A stretch of 64,000 nt of DNA from Paragordius varius (Eukaryota; Animalia; Nematomorpha). Below, one piece after another: positions 41,527-52,740 of the stretch. Each line of letters starts with the position of its first letter. Positions within the stretch are counted from its first letter, which is position 1. The notes beneath the pieces were generated by a model that worked only from the letters and a program-made list of their open reading frames with translations, ran no database searches and was not told where the DNA came from. The translations under genes and the position numbers were made by a program. Location of the stretch: contig OZ176050.1 in NCBI GenBank assembly GCA_964247055.1, positions 3,100,001 through 3,164,000 of the forward strand, in the 5' to 3' direction.

Positions 41527-42045
41527 ATTTTAATTTTATTGTGTTTTCATGATAATATAATATTTAAATATGAGTCATTATTCAATTTTTACATCTTTTT
41601 TAAGTATATATTTTTTCCCTTAAACGATAATTTTAACCATAAAGTGTCATCGTTAATAATTGTGCAATTACATTTTCTTATACTTTATGTTATAATAGCA
41701 AAATATTAGAGCATAATAAAATAACTTATTTGCATTTATCTGATTTATCATTTAAGATTTACTAAATAAATAAATAATTATTAATATCAAAATATAATTG
41801 AGTTCTTTTCGTTTATTTTTGAATTTGTAAATTATATTGTATGTTTGATCAAATAAGGATTTTAGTTGCCACAATTCTTTCAATAGTAATTCTTATATCA
41901 AAAGATAAATCTGAAGAAAAGAAATAAAGTAAAAAATTTTGTATGTTTGCGGAAAATAATAAATTTACATACCCGATCAATATTGATACCTACATTTCCC
42001 GGACTGCGGGTGGCTATTGCTGATAAAATTAAATATTCCTTAATA

Positions 42046-42375
42046 TACCATTTACAGTTCAAATTCACCCTTAAACAATTCAAATTCACCCTTAAATAAA
42101 TAACATGTTTTTATTAAAAATTACCTATATTTTAATATATTTTTAAAAAAATAAAATTTTGTTTTAAATTAAAATAATACTGAAAAAAATAATTAATTAT
42201 GCCATAAAGATATATTTTATATTAATAATGAGTTATATTAGTTCAAAAACACATAATTTATTTTTAGGGTGAATTTGAATTGTTCGAGGGTGAATTTGAA
42301 TTGTTCAAGGGTGAATTTGAATTGTTCGAGGGTGAATTTGAATTGTTCAAGGGTGAATTTGAACTGTAAATGGTA
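42046..42375. mobile_element. MITE with 21-bp subterminal repeats (copy 3, best preserved)
   Basis: Perfect TIR TACCATTTACAGTTCAAATTCACCCTT. The right arm has four full tandem GGGTGAATTTGAATTGTTC(G/A)A units plus the TIR. Confidence 0.92.
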
Positions 42376-43349
42376 TATATAGTAATAATATAATTAATAA
42401 GATATATGATATCTAAAATAAAGCTTGGACAATATATCCATCTCTTACTTACTTTTACGCTTTAACATTTTTTGTGTACCTATAACTCTTACCTCATTTT
42501 TTTGTTAAATTTTGTCTAACGGAAGTATTTAATATTGTGCTAAATTATTCATAGTTTTTTTCCTTATCTGTGTGAGTTTCAGCATATCGCAAATACACTC
42601 TTACAAAACGCATAAACCTATATAGTTAAAAATTTATTTATTAGTTAAATATAACCTACTAAAGTATTGGTGTTTAATGAAGAAAATAAAATTTGATAAA
42701 AAAATTTGCTCTATGATAATTTTTGCGTTCAATAGCAATAGGGCTAAAACTCTGTTATTGGCTTTGTTTACTACACCGCCCTTCCGAGCAATATCAGTCA
42801 TTTAGTTAAAATACACGGGCAAAAATATATATAGAGTCAGTCTAAGGTAGATCATATAAACTTTGTCGAAGTCTGACATTAAGATTTATATACCGGATTA
42901 TAGTTAACCTTACAATTTTCTTAAGCTTTGCCATATTTACGGTTATATATATGCGACCTCAGTTTTAACAGAGGTTAGGGACGCCCTTGGGGGCACAGGC
43001 TATCATCAGTTGGTCCTTCACTTAATACATAAAAATAAATATGTATATATGAATAACACCCAACGACATATCTATAATTTAAATCATATGATTATTTGAT
43101 GATTCTGAACATTTCTATCGCAAATTTTAATTGAAATGTTTGTTTGCTTAAAAATTTTGTTATTTTTTTAAAAAAACACAATATTGATCTATCATAAATT
43201 TGAACAATAACGAATATTATAATCGAAATTCTGAGATGATAAAGTGTTTTAATCCTTTTTCCTCATGACCAAATGTGGTATAAAGTACATTTTAACAAAA
43301 TTGTGCTAAAAATTAATTTTTTAAAAAATATTTTTGGTTTATATCTGAG

Positions 43350-43820
43350 CATATATTAAAATTTTTGGCATACGGCATTTTTGCGTTTCAAAAAGACTAG
43401 CCCATTTAGGAAGAGTATAAATGTTTGAAACTCTCGGGGCCTACATCTAAAAATAAATTATTTAAAAAATATTGTTTTTATATGTAGTTTATGATATATT
43501 TTAGCAATTTTTGAAATGAAGCCTCTAGTTTTCAGCACAAAATTTTTTAAAAAAATCTGCGCTTTTGCCATTTTCTGATAAGGAGCACTTACCATAAAAG
43601 TATAAATAACTTTTTTATATCACTCGTAACGGCCAAAACCAAAAGCACCATGATATTGATGCATCCTAACAAAATATATATTTCATCAGGTATTTTTCAC
43701 ACTTTCTGGTTTTCCAAGTGTATAGGCTCCGAAAGTCCCAAATTATTTGCCTTTCTAAAATGGGCTACTTTAAAATTAACGTAAAAATTCCGAGAATGCC
43801 TAATAAATTTGAATATATAC
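43350..43820. mobile_element. Foldback MITE with long degenerate TIRs
   Basis: Arms pair in inverted orientation: GCCCATTTAGGAAG / CTTTCTAAAATGGGCT, GGGGCCTACA / TGTATAGGCTCC, and CATATATTAAAATTTTTGGCA / TGCCTAATAAATTTGAATATATA. Confidence 0.6.
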
Positions 43821-43999
43821 TAAATTTTTACATCAAAAAAGATTTTTTAAAAAATGAATACAATTAACACTTGGATACAACACATTCATTTCAGTCCTAT
43901 GATTCAAATTGGGAAGTTACCCCAGGCCTGTTTTAAATTGAAAATTTAAAAAAATATAAAATGAATTGAAATTATTTCAACAGTTTGCACATCATTTAA

Positions 44000-45588
44000 C
44001 ACTTCGATTCGAATTGGGGTATTTAAACCCCAACTAAATTTAAATTAATATTTAAAAAACTACTGAAGGAAACGCCAATTTAAATTTATGCTTCGATCGT
44101 AATAAAAATTATATAAATACTAGCGTAAATCTCGTGCTGCTACGCAGCCCGAGGAAGTCCTTCAGGCTTCTGGGGGGGGGGAGTTACTTTTTACTCAACA
44201 GATATAATCAAAGAAACGCCTGACTAAAATTTTTGCCTTTTAACAGGGAATACGAAAAATCCTTATCGAATTTTTACAGTCTCATACTTATGGCAAAAAC
44301 ACAATCAATAAAATTATTATTGTGGACTTTGTTTTTTTTGAAAAAATGGCATTTTACGGGGGTAGCGGGTAAAGAGAGGGCCTAAATCAAAAAAGTGAGT
44401 CGACTATGTTCAGTGCGATCAAAAATAAGTAAACAAAAATCATATTTGAAATTGAATGGTCCAACACGTTCTCCAAAAAATTGACTTAACCCATTTTTCA
44501 CACGGGGTGGGCCCGAACAGGGGACCTAACAAAAAAGGGCGAAGCTATTGTCGGTACATTTCGGTATTTGGATTTGAATAGGTTCACCGGTTTTCCGGAA
44601 ACAGATCACAAAGTTACATGAGAAATCAGTTTTTAGCGGGTACCTCCTAGCAGCTATCATCAAAGAAACACTTGACTAAAAGTTTTGCCTTTTAACAGGG
44701 AATACGTGGAATCCACATTGAGTTTTTAGGGTCTCATACCTAGGGCGAAAAATAGATTTAAAAAATTATTTTTGTGGACTTTGTTTTTTAAAGGTGGCAT
44801 TTTACGGGGAGAGCGGGTAAAAAAAAGTAAATCAAAAAAGTGACTCGATTATGTTCGGCGCAATCGAAAATAACTAAATTTAAATCATATTTTCAATTAA
44901 ATGGTCCAACACGTTCTCCGGAAAATTGTCTCAAAGACACGATTAATGTGGACTTCTGTTTTCAAAAAAAAACCATTTTTCACACGGGGTAGGCCCGAAC
45001 TGTGGGTTTATTTCAAAAAAGGGCGAAGCTATTGTCGGGGCATTCATTAATGATTATATTTTTTCGAAGTTTGGATTTGAATGGGTCTACCGTTTTTCCT
45101 GTACCAGATCACAAAGCCAGCATTTTCCATTTTTATAAATATATAGATGTCTAAATATCTTAATAAATTTTTGTTTTAAAAAAAAGTTCCATGTCAAACT
45201 ATTTCGACGCCATTTTTGTTTTACAAAATTTTTGCAAAATATCGTCTTCATTTAATTTTAAGGGTAAAATTAAAGCTAATATTGTATTTAAATTTCATCT
45301 AACATTAATAGAAATAAAAGAAGCGGTTAATTTCGTATTATTTTTTAATTTTACCATTTCACACATGTCACGTTGACGAAATTTTTACCTTTCGGTTTTA
45401 GCTTAAAATAAGTAATATCAATCATTTTTGAATAAAATTTTTTATATATTTCGGTTTATTAATGTAATATAAGTGCTAAATTTTGCCATGGTTTTGATTC
45501 CTTTCATACTTTTTAAAGTATTTGATTTTAAACAGGCCTGGGGTATCCAACTACCCCAATTTGAATACTAAAATGAATGTGTTGTATG
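44000..45588 (+). mobile_element. piggyBac-like MITE (inner copy), itself interrupted at 44119-45148
   Basis: TTAA-CACTTCGATTCGAATTGGGGTAT left end; right end GTTGTATG-TTAA (partly deleted). The body matches 47130-47677. Confidence 0.75.
44119..45148 (+). mobile_element. Non-autonomous Helentron/HINE (Lep1/DINE-1-like) element with an internal tandem duplication of about 450 bp
   Basis: 5' ACTAGC followed by the hairpin CTCGTGCTGC-TAC-GCAGCCCGAG, and a 3' end TATATAGAT. Two diverged units at about 44200-44640 and 44655-45120. Removing the element restores a continuous piggyBac-like MITE. Confidence 0.6.
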
Positions 45589-45832
45589 TTAAATACACTT
45601 GATGTTACTTTAAGGTAAAACCTCAAGGTAAAAATTTATTCAACATGACATGTGTGCATTAGCTAAATTAAAAAATAATACAAAATAAACCACATTTTCT
45701 GTTTCTATCAATGTCTGTGAATTAAATAAAAATTTTAAATTTACCCTTAAAATTAAATTAATACGATATGCAATAATATTGTAAAATAAAAAAGGCGTCG
45801 AGTAGTTTGATATGAAACTTTTTTTTCAAAAC

Positions 45833-46874
45833 TAAGGGGTCGGGTGATAAAAAAATTTTTTTGACTTGACTTGCAAGTTTTAAGTCATGGCTTGCTTTCA
45901 TGTGATAAAAAAAATTTAACATTCCACGACTTAATCAAGCAAGAAAACTTGATAAGGAGGTAATAAAAAATCATATGATCAAGTATAACTTAAAAATTTT
46001 GCAAGTGTGGTGTAGGGCACACTTGACAGATTTAAAAATAACGACAAAATTATTTTGGAAACTATTTATATATAGAATTTAGGTTTTATATATAATTCAA
46101 ACCTTAGTTAATGCTATAAATTGTTAATTTGATAAATTTTGGCTAATTAATCTATTCATTGAGTGGATACAAAATAAGATAAATTTATAGAAAAACTCTG
46201 CTAATATAATAACATGGCATATAAAAATATGCTAAATATATCAATTCCGTGACAGCAAAAAAATTGGATTCTCGAAAATTTCTTAAAATTAATATTAAAT
46301 ATTAATCTTGTAAAATTTCAAATCTTCGTTTATTAAAACCAAAAGGTTACTTTACTATTAACCAATATAAAGAATTTATTTCATCATAAATTTATTTCTA
46401 ATGTAATGTTTATAATCAATTAAAAATAAATATGTTATATTGTATAAACATCTTCCCATTATATTTGCAAATGGACTCCAAATAAAATGAGTAGTGTGAT
46501 AAAGAGATGGAAAGTGTTTGAAGGGAGAATGGTTTCATCAATCTAAAAATTATTACCAAGCTCAATATTTAGAAAATTCTATAATATTAAATTAAATACG
46601 TGCCAGTGAGTTTATAAAAACGTCAATGAATGCATATTGTATAAATTGTTTATCTTTTTGTGCCTTATTTCATAAATATGGGCTGAAATGATCAAAATAA
46701 TTTCTGAAATTCGAATTGGGTGGAAAAATAATATTACATTCATAAGCAAAAAACTTAACTTAAGTGTTTTTTATCACCGATCTTCAAGTGTACAATTTCT
46801 GGCTTGAGTAAACTTGCTCAACTTGCCACGCTTGGCTTACAAGACAAGTGCGACTTTTTTATCATCTCACCCTA
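45833..46874. mobile_element. TIR element, hAT-like ends, inserted in the outer piggyBac-like MITE
   Basis: Ends TAAGGGGTCGGGTGATAAAAAA / TTTTTTATCATCTCACCCTA, with CTTG/CAAG-rich subterminal arms. The flanks join into the host MITE sequence; no TSD was seen. Confidence 0.6.
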
Positions 46875-47129
46875 AATTTTATTTAGATATTTCAGCTTCT
46901 TTTTATAAATTTTATTAAGATAGATCAAAATTTCAAACTGGGACCGTTTCTTTCAGTATTCAAAAATATCAACTTTAAAATATTATGGGGTATTTAGATA
47001 CCCAATTCGAATCGAAATGTTAATTTTTATTTTATAATTATCTTTTGGATTATCCTTTAAATGTAAAATTTTATTTAAACTCATTTAATATAATTCTCTA
47101 TAGAAAACTCGGTAACCAATAAACACTTG

Positions 47130-47677
47130 TTTAAAACTTAGATTTAAATTGGGGTATCTAAATACCCCAAACTAAATTTAATTTATATTTTCAATAAACT
47201 ACAGAAGGAAACGGTCTTAATTTAATATGCTTCTATCCTAAAAATTAGATAGATAAGCTAAAATATCTAAATAAAATTCGTTTTGAAAAGTTCAATGTCA
47301 AACTACTTCAACGCCATTTTTATTTTGTAAAATTTTTGCACAAAATATATTGCTATATTTTTAAAGATAAAATTAAATTCAAATCACATATAGCATTGAA
47401 AGAAATAGAAAAAGTGGTATATTTTGTATTAATTTTTAATTTAGCCAATGCACACATGTCATGTTGAATATATTTTTACCTTTGGATTTTACCCTAAATA
47501 TTAAGTAATTTTGAATAATGTTTATATATTCCGCTTTATTAATGTTATATAAGTGCAAAATTTTGCCCAGGTTTCGATTCCTCCCATATTTATAAAAGTA
47601 TTAAATTTTAAACAGGCCTGGGTCCAACTACCCCAATTTAAATTAAAGGACTGAAATAAATCTGTTGTATCCTAGTG
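47130..47677 (+). mobile_element. piggyBac-like MITE (third, uninterrupted copy)
   Basis: Right end GTTGTATCCTAGTG-TTAA (47678-47681); the left end is degenerate. Collinear with the inner copy. Confidence 0.7.
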
Positions 47678-47969
47678 TTAAGAAAGTAGAAAAAGATTTA
47701 CTAGATATTTTAGTGTATGAAATCCAATAACCGCAGATTTTAGTGTATCGAGACGTATAATAACAAAACAGATATTTTAAAACTACAATTATATAAAACG
47801 TTAATTTGAATTTATTAATATATAATTAAAAAATATAATATTATAAGTATTAATGCGTTTTTCTCTTATTTATTGTATAATTTTTATATCATGTGTTTAT
47901 TTATTATGAGTTAGTTACAGTGATCACTTGTTACCTTGAAAGCCAGCCACATACTTTTGAGGGGCAATA

Positions 47970-49901
47970 ATGCACCAATTTTTAATATGTTTTATTTATT
48001 TTCTTTTATTTAATATACAATCATTTTGCTTGCAATTTTTTAAATTATTTTATGCTTTTTTCATATCATCAACATTATTTTCCAATCGTATAAAATTCCT
48101 GGAACGGATCCAAATAAAAGCACATAGTGATGCCCAAAATAAAATTCCGCATCACATAGCGTTTCTTATTGTTGGCGAAGATCCCTCCTATATTGATTTA
48201 TCAAAATTGGTATTTTGGTCCATATCTTTCAAAATTTACACAATTACCTTATTTGATCCTCATGGTAATATATCAGTTTTACCCTATAAAAATTAAATAA
48301 TTTTTGTATTAGTGATATTTTTATATAATTTACAGGTATGATTAAAAACAATGTTGATACATTGAAACACGAAATTAAATCGTATGTAAATGCAATCTAC
48401 AAATGCAAAATATCCCCATTCGATATTTGTTACAAAATATTGAGCGATACCTACGGGAAAATATCACATCAAAGTTACCCTTTTCTTTTTAATAATAGAT
48501 GGATTTACACATAATATTATAATTTATATTGCGGATAGTTTGGACGGTCATAAAATTTTTAATGATGTCTGTTTGGATTATTACCAAAAGACGCTAGAAA
48601 CGTCCGAAAAAACAATCATAACACCCTCAGAATTCACTTTAGCTATGAACAGTTAAATATTTTTTTATTATAAAATAATTATATATATATATATATATAT
48701 ATCAGCATTATACAGCATATTTTTAATAAAAAATTATTTACATTTTTGTGCCTATAATTTTTGTGGAAATGTGGCATAATCAATATAAATAATATTTTTG
48801 GTTAATTATAATATATTTTGTATAATACAATTGTACCTTATTGAAAAAATAGTCATAACTTTAGTTATTTTATATATCCATTTTTGAAGCAAATTCAATT
48901 TAATACCAATAATTATGGATGTTTTTGTAAGGCGAGAGATGAAAACGCAGAATCCAATCTTAATTTATTTTTTATTCCATAATTTATTTTACAATTTTGT
49001 TCTTTGTCCCAGTTGTTGCCTAATAATAATTCTCTTGCTAATAATAAATTTTTTAAAAATTCAACATTTTGTTATTAAGCCATATTTCGCTATAAACATT
49101 TTTTTGGTATCAACATTTTTTTACTTTTGTAGTGTAATTTTAAATGGCCGTGAAAACATTGTAATTTATGCCACTTTTAAGTACACTACTTTTAAAATAA
49201 TTAAACAATGGTTTTTTCCTTTCAAAAGTTAACAAAAATTAATATAGCAGCTGACTACAATACGATATTATGCATTAAAAAAAATTAAAATTACCATTTA
49301 ATTTAAAATCGAAATAGAACTATTTCTAATATATTTTTTATTTATGTTTTTATTTAGAAAAGTATCCTGAACCAAATTTAGCCGTCAAGTATGGAGATGT
49401 GGCCTGTTTAGCCGGCTTTATGCCTTGGCATTTGCGTTTTACCGAAATTGTGTAAATACATTTATATTTCTAAAAAATGATAATTTAACGATTTGAATTT
49501 TGTATTAAATTCTATCTAAGTTTCATTTAATTTTTTTTATTGTTTCTAAAAAAATTATTAAAATTTGTTTTAACATACGGTAAACAATAGACAAAAAAAC
49601 ATTAAAGAGACAAATATTTTTACAGACATAGTCAATTTTTAAACCTTATACTTTTATATATTCCAAATGATTACATTGTATTATAATTAAGAATGAATTT
49701 ATCCCTTAATTTTTAATTTCAAAATAGGGTAGATTTAATAATTAATGTCTAAAAATATATTTTATAAATTTACTGTACATATATTTATGTTTTTGTCATT
49801 GTTTGTTTAGTTCCCAACATTCCCACAAAAACATCTTGATTAGTGATTTCATCGAATCACTGCAAAAGTATTCAAACTGCCAACAAAATTTTGGGACGTA
49901 A
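47970..49901 (+). CDS. NUS1: Dehydrodolichyl diphosphate synthase subunit NUS1 / Nogo-B receptor
   Basis: Exons 47970-48264, 48336-48473, 48499-48651, 49358-49451 and 49811-49901. N-terminal TM segments, then IPHHIAFLI, DLSKLVFWS..ITLFDPHG, PEPNLAVKYG..LAGFMPWHLRFTEI, and the end DFIESLQKYSNCQQNFGT*. Confidence 0.92.
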
Positions 49902-50888
49902 ATTTCATTTATATTATTTACATTTGTAAGACATGTTCCCCGTCCAAACACACACATATATATAACATTACTATTTTGCTTATTAAATTTACAAGCAAAT
50001 TATTGCCATAGTAAATAATTCTCTTACCCAAAACTGCCTTTTGTTCCAACAGAAATTCTCATTTTCACATAAATACTGTGCACCATAGTTTTTTCACCTT
50101 AATTTTGAATTAAAAAGCACATTACTCTAGTCACCACTCAACTCAATTTGTCAGAACTTTAACGCAAATAAACACATTATTATCTTAGCTTTAATGTTAA
50201 ACCAAAACATTGTGGAATAATGTGCATAATGTAAATATATGTATATAGGATTATGCTACCTATGCAATATTTTGCGGTTTGTAGATAATTTAGATTAGAT
50301 GATAAAGTATGTTTTATGTTTGTAACTATAGATATTTATACTAAGGCAATACGTGATTATATGAATATATCAATAGTATGTTATATAATTTTCAAACTCC
50401 ATTTTTTTCACGATTTTAAACCATGCCATACCCCTTTTGTTTAAATATGGTGTAAATGCGCAATTATATTGATTCAACTATTATATTATATAGAACAAAC
50501 ATGTATTGATATTACTAAAATTCAAAAATCAAAATTTATTTTCTCTCTTGTTTTAAAGCGATATATATAAAATATTATTGTAATAATAATAAATTGGCGT
50601 GTATATATAAATTTATACATTATTGTTTTAAATATATAATTAGTTGCCATAAAAGTAAAATCGTAATGCATTGATTTCAATCGTATTCATTTTTTGATAC
50701 AAACAAATCAATAATTTACTTTTAAAGTTTAAGGGAAATTTTTTATTGAATCTATTTGATTTATCATAAATGATTTAAAAATAAACGAAATTTTAATATT
50801 TATGGATCTTTATAAAAAAATATATTCAGTAAAAGCCCTCATATAATACTGATAGGGTTTTGTAGTAGATTAAATTTTTATCATATAT

Positions 50889-52701
50889 TTAAGATGGAGC
50901 ATCATTGTTATTATTGTATTGTCGCCGTAAAGATAAAAGCTCTTGATACAGATGAATACCTGGACCTATAAAATTTGATATAAAATACAGGTTACAGAAA
51001 CCCTCCGCATACTGACCCTAATGGGAAAAAATATATAATTGAAAAAATTACAATTGATTTCATTTATTATTCAGTTTTTAGCAAATATAAGAAAAATAAA
51101 ATTATTTGTTCATCATTTTTAGCTCATTATTAGAGTTATGAAATATCCAAAAAATAGTGTAAATTTGATACAAGATGATACCTAATAAAATCAAAGCAGA
51201 CCTTCTCTATTTAATTATCAGAGAAGTGCATGTGATTATCAACATAAAATTATTAGATAAGCCTAATTATTTTAAAAAGGTTTTAAAAATCCGTATAGGA
51301 AAAATAAAGTAAGTGTATACCTTGGTTATACGTATTTTCTTGAGCTTGATTTTGCTCTTCATAAGCTGAGATGGTACCATCAATTTCAACACCATCATAA
51401 GATGATGCACTGTTACGGAAAGCCGATGATGTATTGTGAGGATTGGTCAAATTGGAAAATCCATCGGCAGACAAACTGGTATTAAGCGTAGTTACATTGG
51501 ATGCTTTTGATCGATATATACTGCTATTGATATAACCCGCTGATCCTAAATATATATATGTATACCATTTACAGTTCAAATTCACCCTTGAACAATTCAA
51601 ATTCAACCCTTGAACAATTCAAATTCAACCCTTGAACGATTCAAATTCACCCTAAAATAAATTATGTGTTTTTAAGATTAAATATTACCTATATTTTTTA
51701 AAAAGGAAATTTAGTATGCAATCAAAATAATGCTGAAAAAATAAAAAACTTTGCCAGATATTTGATTTTAATGATGATTTATATTATACCGAAATTTCAT
51801 AAATTATTTTTAGGGTGAATTTATATCGTTTAAGGGTGAATCAAGGGTAAATTCGAATTGTAAATGGTATATATAAAAAAACGTTAAATATTTGATGAAC
51901 ATTATATGGTATAATCTAAAATATCGGGATATAAAAACGCCTAATTTGATATAAATCACACCTGATGAGTTTAATAATAATTTTTTTGCGTGTAAAATTC
52001 AATAAAGAAAAAAGAACTTAACATTGAATACCTAATTCAGGGGTGTATTAAATTTTTAATAGCTAAAATTACCGTTTCATATATTTATATTATTGCCCTT
52101 TATTTATAATTAATAAAAAATTTCATTTAAAAAGTAAGCTAAATTTACTCAAAACTGTAAACTCAAACCAACCTAATATTCTTTGATGATTGTGCGTTAA
52201 ATACACGCGCGTTTGAGCACTCAGGGCAGAAACCCAGGCTTGTGCTTCGTCAGGACTTGCTGCTGACATGCGATAAACGCAATGTTTGCCTTCGACTACA
52301 CGACCACCTTCGCTATTCTCACTTTTCTTACAAGCCTTTATAATTTCATTCTCAATGATAGGCAAAATCTCAAACATATTTGACGTGTGGATAGTCGCAG
52401 AAGAAGGATTTAACGAGCTGTTTGTTGTGCTTGAGTTGGTTTCGTCGCACGAAGTTTTATTCAATCGGGATTGGACAGAACTTCAATTACAGTCATGTAT
52501 ATGTAGAATTGACAGACATTCGTTTTTAAATGATTATAATTTGTTTTTAATTGTTTTAATGTTTGATATGTCAACTTTCAACATGCGCATTTTTAAGCAT
52601 TAAAATAATAATAGCTAATTTATTGTAAACAATTAGAAACAAAGTAAAAATCGATTAAAAACGTATATCTGACAATTCTAAACATACATGACTGTAAAAT
52701 A

Positions 52702-52740
<39 letters not shown>

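Larger units (their letters stand above)
43868..47019 (-). mobile_element. piggyBac-like MITE (outer copy) interrupted by nested insertions
   Basis: TTAA at 43864-43867 and 47020-47023. Short CA(C/T)TW-GAT termini with an asymmetrically spaced internal IR (AATTGGGGTA). Pieces 43868-43995, 45593-45832 and 46875-47019 reassemble into the reverse complement of the 47130-47677 copy. Confidence 0.75.

Noticed and set aside
42266-42375. Tandem 21-bp repeats as a CRISPR array
   Set aside because: The repeats abut with no unique spacers, sit inside MITE arms in a eukaryotic genome, and there are no cas genes.
48915-49232. 105-aa ORF within a NUS1 intron
   Set aside because: Phe/Ile/Leu-rich composition expected from T-rich intron DNA, with no motif.
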